A DNA stretch of 64,000 nt from Alphaproteobacteria bacterium. Lineage in GTDB: Bacteria > Pseudomonadota > Alphaproteobacteria > JAAXGF01. How positions within the stretch are numbered: position 1 is the first letter of the stretch; every line of letters begins with the position of its first letter. The translations under genes were made by a program, and so were the position numbers. This document shows, piece by piece, positions 52,097-63,886 of this stretch. The stretch spans positions 2,496,001 to 2,560,000 of the forward strand of contig CAUVXB020000002.1 of assembly GCA_963555825.3 (NCBI GenBank), given 5' to 3'. Under the pieces are notes generated by a model. It was given only the letters and a program-made list of their open reading frames with translations. It was not told where the DNA came from and made no database searches.

Positions 52097-52159
52097 TCAA
52101 TCGGGCATCGTGAAGGGGTCGGGGTCGAGGAAGCGGCGCACCAAGTTCTCGCTGACCTC
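52097..52159 (-). pseudogene. 3'-terminal remnant of a second DMFase large-subunit gene
   Basis: EVSENLVRRFLDPDPFTMPD* resembles ITGNVLKRFLDPAPL* at the end of 49439-51652. Confidence 0.6.
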
Positions 52160-52175
52160 AAGCGATCTCGTCTGA

Positions 52176-52313
52176 GATGTCGGGTTCCGAGCGATAAGCG
52201 GACCTAGCTCGCGCGGTATCGGAAAATCATGACGTGCACGTCCGCTCACGAGCGGGAAGCGGACCTCGCCGCTGAATCCGCTGGAGGTCTGCCTGTAGCC
52301 AGGACCGGACATT
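52176..52313. repeat. Cluster of three ~30-bp GTCCGC...GCGGAC hairpin repeats
   Basis: Units 52176-52205, 52237-52266, 52284-52313 with spacers of 31 and 17 bp. Confidence 0.75.
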
Positions 52314-52543
52314 AGGTGCTCCGTCACCAACAAGCCGTTGCCCGGCGCATCCTGCGGCCGCTTGACGATCTGCGAACGAGGCCACGTCCAGCATAGGCTG
52401 GTGAGACGGGTGGCAAGGTGAAAACGACGGGAGAGATGCGTCCGGATGGCGGAAAGTTGGGTCATCGGATGTCCGCCGGAGTATTACAGCCTCCTCTGGC
52501 GCCATGTGGTAGGATTCCAATGGATTCAAAGGTTATCTGATAA

Positions 52544-53365
52544 TTGGCGGCCGAAGGGGGCGGCATTTCGTTTACGCCAGACGCCATCGGCCTGATCGTG
52601 GCCGTCTTCATCGCCTCCGCCGTCGAGGTCGTCGAGGCCTTCACCATCGTGCTCGCCATGGGTATGAGCCGGGGCTGGCGTTCGGCGCTGGCGGGCACCG
52701 CGGCCGCGGTCGTCGTGCTGGCGCTGCTCGTCGCGCTCGCCGGCGTCGCGCTGCGCGACTATGTCAACGCGGCCTTCCTGCAATTCATCGTCGGCGCCCT
52801 GCTGCTCGTCTTCGGCCTGCAGTGGCTCAGAAAAGCGATGCTGCGCTCGGCCGGCTTGAAGGCGCTCCATGACGAGGACCTGATCTTCGCCGACGAAGTG
52901 GCGGCGGCCCGCGCCGCCGGCAGCGGTCAATTCTTCGGGCTCGACGCCTTCGGTTTCGTCGTCGCCTTCAAGGGCGTGTTGCTGGAAGGCATCGAGGTCG
53001 TCTTCATCGTCATCACCTTCGGGCTTGGGGCGGCCCACCGCGGCGTCCCCGACGCCATGTTGAGCGCGACGCTCGGCGCCGTGCTCGGCGCGCTGGTCGT
53101 CGTCGTCAGCGGCGTCGTCATCCGGCGCCCGCTGGCGATGGTGCCGGAGAACACGATGAAATACGCCGTCGGCCTGTTGCTCTCGAGCTTCGGCCTGTTC
53201 TGGGTCGTCGAGGGGTTGGGGTTCTTCGGCGCCGGCGGCGAGAGCCTGGCGTGGCCGGGCGGCACCTGGGCCCTGCCGGCGATCCTGCTCGCCTGGCTCG
53301 TCGTCACGCGGGCCACGGTGGCGATTCTGAAGCGCCTCGCACCCAGCCTGGCGGCATCGCCATGA
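52544..53365 (+). CDS. COG4280-type membrane protein (possible metal permease)
   Basis: Internal repeat VEVVEAFTIV / LLEGIEVVFIV; multiple TMs; TTG start. Confidence 0.75.
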   Translation: MAAEGGGISFTPDAIGLIVAVFIASAVEVVEAFTIVLAMGMSRGWRSALAGTAAAVVVLALLVALAGVALRDYVNAAFLQFIVGALLLVFGLQWLRKAMLRSAGLKALHDEDLIFADEVAAARAAGSGQFFGLDAFGFVVAFKGVLLEGIEVVFIVITFGLGAAHRGVPDAMLSATLGAVLGALVVVVSGVVIRRPLAMVPENTMKYAVGLLLSSFGLFWVVEGLGFFGAGGESLAWPGGTWALPAILLAWLVVTRATVAILKRLAPSLAASP

Positions 53366-53592
53366 GATGGCTCACTGCCCCTCTGAAGTTTATCTATGAT
53401 TTGGTCGTCGGCGACTCCTGGCCGCTCACGGCCGCCGTCGTGCTTATTCTAGGCGTGGGCGTGCTGGTCATGCGACTCGATGCGCTGCTGCCCACCACCC
53501 TCGTCTTAGCCATCGCCGCTGGCCTCCTCCTCGGCTCCCCCCTGACGATCCTGATCGAAGTAAAGAGACACCTGCGGCGCACCTCGGAATGA
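53362..53592 (+). CDS. Small 2-TM membrane protein coupled to the COG4280 gene
   Basis: MRWLTAPLKFIYDLVVGDSW...; ATGA overlap. Confidence 0.7.
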   Translation: MRWLTAPLKFIYDLVVGDSWPLTAAVVLILGVGVLVMRLDALLPTTLVLAIAAGLLLGSPLTILIEVKRHLRRTSE

Positions 53593-53731
53593 GCACAGAG
53601 CGGATGGCCCGACCTGATCGGAAAAGCCTCTAGCCCGGCCGTTCGACGCGTGTCAGGAAGGCATCCAACGCCAGGGACATGGTCACATAAACTAAGCCAA
53701 ACTACATCACGCGTGAGGGCCGCAATGGGTC

Positions 53732-55417
53732 CAGCCTGTGTGAGAACGTTTGCTGCTATTTCTGTGTGGCGCGTCTTTGGGTTTGGATGATCAGTCGGGA
53801 CGTGTTTTCCGGGATTATGGATTTTCGCCGCTCGTGCGGGCTTTTCGGCCGGCTGGCGCCGTTGTGAGCCGCGATGTGGCCGGGTATAGGCGTAATTGTC
53901 GGCGCAGGGGCGCCTATGCCGTCCTGATCGCCGCGATCAGCGGGTCGATGCCCATGATGTTCATGACGCGCTTGAGATTGTAGGCCAGCACGTGCAAGGC
54001 CATCTCGGTCCTCACCCGCTTCAGCGTCTTCATCTGGAAGTGCGTCGCGCCCATCCAGGCCTTGAGGGTGCCGAAGGGATGCTCGGCCGTCTCGCGCCGC
54101 CGACGCATCGCCTCCGGGTGCTCGTCGAGCCGCCTCTCGACGGCCTCGAGAATGTGTTCGTGCTGCCAACGGGTGATGCGGCGCTGCTTGGCCGTGGTGC
54201 AGCGATGCTTGATGGCGCATCCCTGACAGGCGTTGGTCCAGTAGCGCCGCATGCTCAGCCCCCTCTCCTGGCTGGTGAAGCGGTAGACCAAACGCTCGCC
54301 GGCCGGGCAGCGATAGACATCGTCGGCGGCCAGATAGACGAAGTCCTGTTTGCCGAAGCGGCCCTTGGCCTTGGCTCCAGAGGTCAGCGGCTTAGGCAAT
54401 GTGACGGTGATGCCGGCCTCATCGCAGGCCAGAATCTCCTTGCCGTTGTAGTAGCCGCGATCGGCAACGACATCCAACTCGTCGGTCTCCAGAGCCGCCT
54501 TGGTCCGCTTCGCCATGGCTGAGAGCTGGGCGCGGTCGGTGCCCTGATTGGTCACCTCGTGGGCGACGATCAGGTGGTGCTTGGTGTCGACGGCGGCCTG
54601 AACGTTGTAGCCGACCACGCCGGAACCCCGGCCGCTCGTCGCCATCGAGCGGGCATCGGGATCGCTCAGAGAGATCTGCTGGTCCGGGCTCGCACGCCGC
54701 TCGACTTCAAGCGCCTTCAGGCGCCGCATCTCCTCCTTGAGGATCGCGATCTTGTCGGCCAGACGAGTCGTCTTGGTCGTGCGCGCCAGCGACGGCTCTT
54801 GCCGGTCGGCGCTGTCCAACTGGTCCAGATAGCGCGCAACGCTCTCCTCGATCTGCGCCACCCGCCGCGCCATCTTGGCCCGCGTGAAGTTCCTGTCCCG
54901 GCTGTTGACCGCCTTGAACTTCGAGCCATCGATCGCCACGCTCGCCTCGGCGAACAGCCCGAGTTGCCGGCACAGCGCGACGAACCGAGCGCAGACCTTG
55001 CGGATCGCAGAACCGTTGTCCTTGGCCGAAGTCGGCGATCGTCTTGTGATCCGGCACCAGCCGACCGACCAGCCACATCACTTCGACGTTGCGCCCGGCC
55101 TCCCGTTCGAGCCGCCGGCTCGACTGAACCCGGTTCAGGTAGCCGTAGATGTAAAGTTTCAACATATCCGCGGGATGATAGCTCGGCCGGCCGGTCGCCA
55201 GCGGCTCGACCCGGTCGAACCCGAGGCCGCCAAGATCGAGCTCATCGACGAAGACGTCGATCGCCCGAACCGGGTTATCATCGCCGATCCAGTCTTCCAG
55301 GCGCTCCGGAAACAACGTGCCCTGGCTGCGATCGACACCCTCCACAAAACGCTTCATCAGACCCTCCCGCCAAAGCACGAGAGAATCATAACACCATCGA
55401 CGTTTTCACACAGGCTG
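53732..55417 (-). mobile_element. IS1182 family element with 4-bp GGTC target duplication
   Basis: TIR CAGCCTGTGTGAGAAC / GTTTTCACACAGGCTG; GGTC at 53728-53731 and 55418-55421. Confidence 0.92.
53914..55357 (-). pseudogene. IS1182 transposase, frameshifted at ~55025
   Basis: MKRFVEGVDR...PDHKTIADF| then KDN...AIDGSKFKA...EHPFGTLK in another frame. Confidence 0.9.
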
Positions 55418-55450
55418 GGTCATATGCAGACAACGGCGGCATGATCGCGC

Positions 55451-55480
55451 GGGGCCCGCTTCCGAGCGGTAACCGGATAA
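55451..55480. repeat. ~30-bp hairpin repeat unit following the IS1182-split unit (53715-53731 + 55422-55434)
   Basis: ggggcccgcttccgagcggtaaccggataa resembles the 52176 and 63977 units. Confidence 0.65.
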
Positions 55481-55587
55481 TCAGTGTGCCCGTCCCCGCA
55501 CCCGACCCGCAATCCATGCTATGTTTGCCGAAAGCGTGGGGAACTCATCCCAGGGACACGTCCGCTCAAATTAATCCCGGTTGGATA

Positions 55588-55770
55588 ATGTACATCACCA
55601 AGCCCAAGCCCAATTTCAGGCAGCGCAAGATGCGCGCTTGCTTAGGGCCGCACTGCAGGGGCAAGAACAAGTTGTTTCTCAGCGATCATCCCGGGCACCG
55701 GCTGTGCCCACGTTGCGCGGCCCAGGTAGAGAGCATCTCGCGCAGTTCAAGCGGGGCGACGGCCGCCTAA
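55588..55770 (+). CDS. Small Cys-rich putative zinc-ribbon protein (60 aa)
   Basis: RACLGPHC...F.S..PGHRLCPRC. Confidence 0.55.
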   Translation: MYITKPKPNFRQRKMRACLGPHCRGKNKLFLSDHPGHRLCPRCAAQVESISRSSSGATAA

Positions 55771-55806
55771 GCCAGCCCTTTCGGTCGGCCGGGTGGCGGG
55801 AATAGA

Positions 55807-55829
55807 AAGGCCCGCCGGGGGCGGGCCTT
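55807..55829. terminator. Hairpin terminator between convergent genes
   Basis: aaggcccgcc-ggg-ggcgggcctt. Confidence 0.65.
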
Positions 55830-55855
55830 CCATGGATTGTCGTCGTGTCGGTGCG

Positions 55856-56065
55856 TCAGTCGATGAGCTTGAGGTTCGCTGCCGCGGACTTGCCGTTCTG
55901 GCCACTCTGCAGTTCGTACTCGACGCGGTTGCCGTCGCTCAGGCCCATGAGCCCGGCGCGTTCGACGGCCGAGATATGGACGAAAGCGTCCTTCGAGCCG
56001 TCATCGGGGCTAATGAAGCCATAGCCCTTGACGGTGTTGAACCATTTCACGGTTCCTTGGGTCAT
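55856..56065 (-). CDS. cspA: Cold-shock protein
   Basis: GTVKWFN..KGYGFI, AFVHISA; AAGGA RBS. Confidence 0.96.
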   Translation of the reverse strand: MTQGTVKWFNTVKGYGFISPDDGSKDAFVHISAVERAGLMGLSDGNRVEYELQSGQNGKSAAANLKLID

Positions 56066-56371
56066 GTAGTCGTTCCTTGGACGTTGTGTTGCAACCGGCC
56101 GCGCCCTTTGCGCGGCCGAGTCTCAGCTCATCGAAATCCTTGGGGTATTGTGGCTAGGTCGGCGTGACGAAGCGGGATACGCCGGGCCTTCGAATACTGA
56201 TGGCGGTCATATAGCGTCGAACTCACAGGAATGCAATGGCGCCTGACGGGCGGTCTATACTGGCGCCCCGGTGTGAGAGCCGGCGACGGAGGTTTGCGAT
56301 GGCCTCCGCAAGGCGGGGCTCGACGTGTGAGCAACACCGGCAAGCTCATCGCGTTGCCAATGTCCGGTTAG

Positions 56372-58321
<1,950 letters not shown>

Positions 58322-58325
<4 letters not shown>

Positions 58326-58753
58326 CGCCGCGACCTCCGCCGCCCCAAAGGGCCGGACGTCTCCGTCTTGGCCTCCAGCAGTTCCACCTGCATGATCAAC
58401 TCCCCGATCCGCTTCATGGCGATGTCCAGTTCCGCCTTCACCGGATCGCCCTTGCGTTCCTTGAGCGAGGCATCGATCCCGGCGATCGCCTTCTCACGCC
58501 ACTGCTCGAGCCGGAAAATCTCCACGCCCAACTGCCGCGACAAAAGTTCCACCGGCTCGCCACGCAAAAGCCGCAGGGCAACCTCACGCTTGCGCGTCAC
58601 CGTCCACCGCTGGCCAAGTCCCAGCGGGCCTGCCGGCGAAACCTGGCCCGGGGAAAACGTGGACGAGCCAAGCTCGCCCTCGTTTACCACAGGCCCATCA
58701 ACAGCAACTTTGTTCTCAAAATTGTCGGTCATGTTCCGGTCCTCCTTGGACAC
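58322..58753 (-). CDS. Transposase OrfA (HTH + coiled coil)
   Basis: RWTVTRKREVALRLLRGE...LSRQLGV; ATGA overlap with OrfB; start may be ATG 58732. Confidence 0.85.
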
Positions 58754-59043
58754 TTCGATTAAGCCAATTCTGTGTCCAAGGAAATCGGGGCCGACTCACG
58801 AGGAGTTGAAGACGCTGAGGCACGTGCTCTACAACCGGTTCGAATTCTGAACGATTGGGAACCTTATTATGGTGTAAGCCGTGAGGCGCACTCGCTTACG
58901 ACGTTACTATCGGCTTCGTCCTCGCCGGGCAGTACCGCCCACTTTTCGGCAAGATCGCGCCGACTGGTCCAGTCCTCAAGCACTCCGCGATAGCTTCCGT
59001 GGGATAGCGCGCCGCGCTATGTGATCCGCGACCGGGGCAGCGT

Positions 59044-60084
59044 CTAGGGCACGGCGCCCGAGCCGCCCATCCGGTTGTCGATCAACACCTTGTCCATGTC
59101 GCGCATTATGACCTTCATGGTCTCCAGGTAGATGCGCCGCCTGGTGACGTCCTTCTGCTGCAGGTACTCCGCGTAGACCGACAGGAAGCGCTGCGGCTCG
59201 CCGGTGGCGATGGCGATCTTCTGCTCCTTGTAGCCCTCGGCCTCGTTGACGATCTTCTCGGCCTCGCCCTCGGCGCGCGCCACCACCTCGTTCAGGTAGG
59301 CCGTCGCCTCGTTGACCTTGCGCTCCTTGTCGGCGCGCGCCGCCTGGACGTCGCGGAAGGAGTCGAGCACGATGCCCGGCGGGTCGATCTTCTGGAGCTG
59401 CACGTCGGTCACGTCGATGCCGGAGCCGTATTGGTCGAGGATGCGCTGGACCAGCTCCTGCGCCTCGACCTCGATGCGGACGCGCCCCTGGGTGCGCGCG
59501 AACTCGAACCCGGACTTGCCGATGATCTCGCGCAGCGCGCTTTCCGAGGCGTCCTTCACCGTTCGGTCGGGGTTGCGGATGTTGAACAGGTACAGCCCGG
59601 CGTCCTTGATCCGCCAGAAGGTGACGAAGTTGACGTCGATGATGTTTTCGTCGCCGGTCAGCATCAGGCTTTCCCGGGGCACGCTGCGCACCAGTTCCGT
59701 GCGCCGCTCCTCGCCGCCCGAGGAAAAGCCTACTTCGGTGCGGTTGATACGCGTCACCTTCGGTCTCTGCACGTCGCCGATCGGCGTCGGCAGGTTGTAA
59801 TTGAGGCCCGGCTGGGTGGTGCCGACCCATGCGCCGAAGATCAGCGCGACGCCCTGTTCCTCGGGCTGCACCCGGTAGAACCCGGTGGCGAGCCAGCCGA
59901 GCAGCACGACGACGATGATGACCAAGATACCGCGCGCGCCGCCGACGCCGCCGGGGATCAGCCCGCGGACCCGGTCCTGGCCCTTGCGCAGCAGCTCCCC
60001 TAGGTCGGGTGGTTGCGGCCCCCGCGGGCCGCGGCCCCAGGGGCCCTGGCCGCCGCCCGGCCAGCCGCCTTGATTACCCGACAT
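59044..60084 (-). CDS. hflK: HflK (FtsH modulator) orphan copy, both ends altered, no hflC
   Basis: GPWG..PPDL, SPFH domain MLTGDENI, TRRRIYLETM; stops at GAVP* before the usual YLPL. Confidence 0.8.
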   Translation of the reverse strand: MSGNQGGWPGGGQGPWGRGPRGPQPPDLGELLRKGQDRVRGLIPGGVGGARGILVIIVVVLLGWLATGFYRVQPEEQGVALIFGAWVGTTQPGLNYNLPTPIGDVQRPKVTRINRTEVGFSSGGEERRTELVRSVPRESLMLTGDENIIDVNFVTFWRIKDAGLYLFNIRNPDRTVKDASESALREIIGKSGFEFARTQGRVRIEVEAQELVQRILDQYGSGIDVTDVQLQKIDPPGIVLDSFRDVQAARADKERKVNEATAYLNEVVARAEGEAEKIVNEAEGYKEQKIAIATGEPQRFLSVYAEYLQQKDVTRRRIYLETMKVIMRDMDKVLIDNRMGGSGAVP

Positions 60085-60335
60085 TTCCCATATATTCCCA
60101 GATAACCGTCATATCGACTCCGACAGTACCCAATTTTCACCGGTCATTGGAATCGTTTCACCTCCGCAGCCGTCTGACAGGCAGGTTTTGGTGAATTGAC
60201 CGGTGTTCGCAAGCCCATTTGGTCCAGTTTTTCGTCACCCAGACGCACCTCTCCCGTCAACCGACATGTTCCCAGGCTCCCGTTCAGCATCGTGGTGGTG
60301 GCCTTGGCCGCAGACCATCGATCAGGCGCGGGATT
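60078..60335 (-). mobile_element. Probable IS1380-family right-end remnant
   Basis: IPRLIDGLRPRPPPRC* (stop at 60284) and the end ...gggaaatgtcgg resemble IS1380 termini as I recall them. Confidence 0.55.
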
Positions 60336-60998
60336 TACCGGTAGGCCAGCACCGATTGCACGGGAGATGTGAGGGTGGGACCGGAGCCCAGAGTTTCCCG
60401 CAGGACTGTGGCGGGGACACTTCGAATTCTTGCCACTCCACGGCGGAGAGTGTAAGGTTCGACCGTAAGGGGTGCATCTCTACTCCCCTTGCCACAACGG
60501 TTTTCAAGAAACGACTCGCCGAGCGAACCGCATGGTCCGCCACGAATCAGCCGAGTGGAACCGTGTCTACGGGGTCTGGTCGCTGAAAGAATAGTCGGGA
60601 AGGGCAATCCCCGGAGGGGCTGCCTTCCCCCGTATTCGCGACATCACCGTTGTGCTTTCACGAAACTGCGGCCGCTCCGGCTCGTTCGTGCGAGCTACGC
60701 TCGATGCGTCGGTGCGTAGCGGTCGCGATCCCGGCACGAGGTGGGTTTGCGGCTCGGACTCACGGATACCAGACGATCCGTTTAGGCATTGGCTTTTTGG
60801 CTGGTGCGAACGGTGGAATATTGTAGGGTGTTCGCTGGCACCACTTTTATGCTGATTTCCACCCAATATCGCTGATGGAAGAATAGATCTAATATAATAT
60901 TCAATTTCGTCGAAGGTTTTTCCAATCATGTGAACTTCTTGTGTGCGGCATTTTAGACTTTTCCGGCGGAGCTCATTGCGTCTGAAGGAATGCGTTTC

Positions 60999-61619
60999 AT
61001 GTCAAGCAATGGAAACACAAAGACAACCACGGCACCCGAAAACTTCGAGGAAAAAGAATTCCTTTTGGGAGAGTACGAGGCACTTCGTGCGGAACAATTA
61101 CACAATTTTCGATCGGTTAATCAATTGCATGCGCTTCAAATAACTGCAACAAGAGCGTTCTTAGGCGTTGCATTTTCCATTACGCCACTAAACTCATATA
61201 TTTTCCTTTTACCAATTTTATTGTTAATTCCTATTGCTTATCGTTTACTAAATTATCCGTTAGCAATACTAAGAATAGGAACATATATTGAGGTGTTTAT
61301 CGAACCGAAATTTGCATCATTTGGATGGGAGCACAGGGTTGAAGATTTTTGAAGTTCAAATAATTTAAATAATAAACCTTTCATATTTCTTAAACTAAAA
61401 CTTGCAGTGCAAGACTATACCATATTAACTTCATGGGTAATAATTGTTATCTGCCCATCATTATCTTATATTTATTGGACAGATGAGTTGTGGTATTTGG
61501 TTGTGATCATTGCTTTGTCAGGGACGACTTTGATCCCGGTAAGTTACCGATTGTCCCGTCTTGGAAAGATCAGATCAGAATTCAAGGAAAGGTGGAATCA
61601 CCTTGGGGAACAAACATGA
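60999..61619 (+). pseudogene. Low-GC multi-TM membrane protein with one in-frame TGA (61350-61352)
   Basis: ORFs 60990-61352 and 61407-61619 share a frame with an open linker; EYEALRAE, RIGTYI; AT-rich. Confidence 0.65.
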
Positions 61620-61776
61620 AAAGAACGTCTCGCTACAAAGTTCCGCTCACAGTTCCCACAGTTCCGCAGACGGTATACCGATCTCGGAGTTTCCCGAGCG
61701 AACCGAGTCATGTTGAGCACGTTGCCAAACGGCACGGTCGCCTTTGAGAAGATAAGTGTACTGTCCCCGAAATTGA

Positions 61777-62184
61777 ATCATCGACGGTTGCGATGGCGAG
61801 ATCGCCCGGCTGAAACATTCCCAGAGCGAGTTCGGCGGCTGGTTCGACGCGGTCCTTGATCGGTATGCCGACGCCGTCCTGTTGTTCGGCCTGATGTGGC
61901 ACGAATTCGCTGCGACCGGCACGACCATATCCGTCGTGTTGGGGTTCGTGGCGATTGTAGGGTCGTTCCTAAACAGCTATACGGCGGACAAGTACGACGG
62001 ACTGATGGCTCGAAGGTTGCGAGGCGCCTCATACTTTCGGCTGGGCCGTGACGTTCGGGTTTTCGTCATCTTCCTTGGCGCCATCTTAAACCAGCCGCTA
62101 TTCACACTGCGTGTCGTTGCATTGGCGATGAATTTGGAAGTGGTTCGAAGGATCGTGATTTACAGGCGCGCTGCAGTGTTTTAG
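61777..62184 (+). pseudogene. 5'-truncated CDP-alcohol phosphatidyltransferase (DIPP synthase-like)
   Basis: IIDGCDGEIARLK...GGWFDAVLDRYAD signature right after an in-frame stop. Confidence 0.8.
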
Positions 62185-62346
62185 CGGGCGAATGCCTGCT
62201 CTATTCAGCAGGACGCTGCTCAAGCATGACCGCTACGCAGCGTCGCTACAATCGAACCGTCAGCGCGCCGCCAGACCCAACCGAACCCTGTTCAATTTTC
62301 CGAAGGCCTTCACGTGCCCCCAATGTCCTGTGTGGATGGCTCCCGC

Positions 62347-62591
62347 GTTGCAAGGACTTTTTTCGGCGTAGCGACCTAGTCAGGTACAGTCTTGTGTCCG
62401 GCCTGTTGATGCGGTTTTGTTGAACCGCTGGCCCTGATGGTATCCGTGGATCGGGTCCCTATCTGCTTAGCGGGCTCGAACACCCAGGACATTCGTCGGG
62501 TTGTCCCGATCCCCGGTCTGACCGGTTCGCCATCACGTCTCGTCGTCCTTGCAATCGTCGAAAGGCGTTGTGCCTTCGAGAGATCAATTGG
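62347..62591 (-). ncRNA. Putative bridge/seek RNA of the IS1111-type element
   Basis: Segments match the target (62488-62493, 62462-62468) and the donor junction (62436-62440, 62390-62397), each pair separated by a hairpin; RNA ends unknown. Confidence 0.75.
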
Positions 62592-63626
62592 TCATGCGGT
62601 CCCCTCAGTTGCGGGTCGGTGAGCGCGGTAGGCCTCGCCACGGGTCATGATGACCCAGGCGATCCGCGCGGCCTTGTTGGCCATGGCCACGGCGACCAGC
62701 TTGTTGGGCTTGCTTACCAGCAAGTTGGTGATCCAGGGGTGAACCTCGGGCTTGCGCCGTGCCGATTGAAGCTGTGATGTCATGCCGATCACCAGCAGAC
62801 GGCGAAGATAGCGGTCCGCCATCTTGGAGATGCGTCCCATGCGATCCTTGCCGGCGCTGGAATCGGCCTTGGGCGTTAGCCCGAGCGAGGCGGCAAACTG
62901 GCGAGCCGATGTGAACCGGTGCGGATCGGTGACCGAGGCCGCCAGCGCCGAGGCGGTGATGTAACCAATCCCCGGAATGGTCGCGAGCCGTTTGGCCAGG
63001 TCGTTGCCGCGGAACCAGGTCTTGATCTCGCCCTCGATCATGGCGACCCGGGCTTGCAACTCGCGGATCTGCTCGGCCAGGGCAATGACGATCTTGCATG
63101 CCAGCGGGGGAATGTCCGGCACCACTCCTTCGACAAGCTGATCGACGAGCCTCAGCGCGTGATGAATGCCTTTGGCCAGCACGATGCCCAACTCGGCCAG
63201 CTGGGACCGGATCATGTTGACCAGCTGGGTGCGCTGGCCGACCAGTAGATCCCGTGTTCGGTGGAGCGCCAGGACCGATTGCTGCTCGGCCGACTTGATC
63301 GCGACGAACCGCATCGTGGGGCGCGTCACCGCCTCGCAGATCGCCTCCGCATCGGCGGCGTCGGTCTTGCCGCGCTTGACGTATGGTTTGACGTAGATCG
63401 GTGGCATCAATTTCACCTCGTGCCCCAATGCCTGGAGCTCGCGGGACCAGAAGTGGCTCGTGCCGCACGCCTCGATACCGATCAGACACGGTTCCAGCTT
63501 GCCGAAGAACGGCATCATCTGGCGCCGGCGCAACGATCGGCGGACGATGACCTTGCCGGTGCTGTCAATGCCGTGGACTTGGAAAACGTTCTTGGCCAGA
63601 TCGAGGCCGACAGTGGTAACTTCCAT
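62592..63626 (-). CDS. IS110 DEDD recombinase, intact
   Basis: GLDLAK, IEAC, KTDAADA; C-terminal LGLTP..DSSAGK serine loop. Confidence 0.95.
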   Translation of the reverse strand: MEVTTVGLDLAKNVFQVHGIDSTGKVIVRRSLRRRQMMPFFGKLEPCLIGIEACGTSHFWSRELQALGHEVKLMPPIYVKPYVKRGKTDAADAEAICEAVTRPTMRFVAIKSAEQQSVLALHRTRDLLVGQRTQLVNMIRSQLAELGIVLAKGIHHALRLVDQLVEGVVPDIPPLACKIVIALAEQIRELQARVAMIEGEIKTWFRGNDLAKRLATIPGIGYITASALAASVTDPHRFTSARQFAASLGLTPKADSSAGKDRMGRISKMADRYLRRLLVIGMTSQLQSARRKPEVHPWITNLLVSKPNKLVAVAMANKAARIAWVIMTRGEAYRAHRPATEGTA

Positions 63627-63721
63627 GGCGGATAGCTCCTCTTGCTCGTGGTTGATAACAACCACCACTTTGGCATCTCGGTGCCGGGAGCGGGAGCCAT
63701 CCACCCCATCTGCTTCGGGTT

Positions 63722-63882
63722 CAGACTGTGTAAAAACGTCATTCAATTCAGTTTTTCGAGTAAATCTGCTTGATCCCTGAAGATTGCAGCCTGCTAAGTA
63801 ATTGGTTTCATAAACACTGAAAATTCAACGAATGGGCTGAGATCACATTTCGAGCGATTCTCCGACGTTTTTACACAGCCTG
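63722..63882. mobile_element. 161-bp non-autonomous IS1182-type MITE
   Basis: TIR CAGACTGTGTAAAAACGT / ACGTTTTTACACAGCCTG; flanks GGTT and GGTC. Confidence 0.85.
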
Positions 63883-63886
63883 GGTC

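Larger units (their letters stand above)
62328..63710 (-). mobile_element. IS110 family, IS1111 subgroup element
   Basis: Sub-terminal IRs GTGGATGGCTCCCGC (62332-62346) and GCGGGAGCCATCCAC (63690-63704); core TC (GA on element strand) at 62326-62327 and 63709-63710. Confidence 0.92.

Noticed and set aside
52176-52313. CRISPR array or classical attC sites
   Set aside because: Repeats are too degenerate, spacers alternate between ~17 and ~31 bp, there are no RYYYAAC/GTTRRRY ends and no cas or intI in the window
55015-55035. Programmed frameshift in the IS1182 transposase
   Set aside because: No slippery run and the family is normally single-ORF; treated as mutation or sequencing error
58850-59043. 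Short minus-strand frame LSHGSYRGVLEDW...
   Set aside because: No start codon or recognisable family; cannot be supported
61350-61352. Selenocysteine or alternative genetic code
   Set aside because: No redox motif or evident SECIS hairpin, and the gene terminates in TGA
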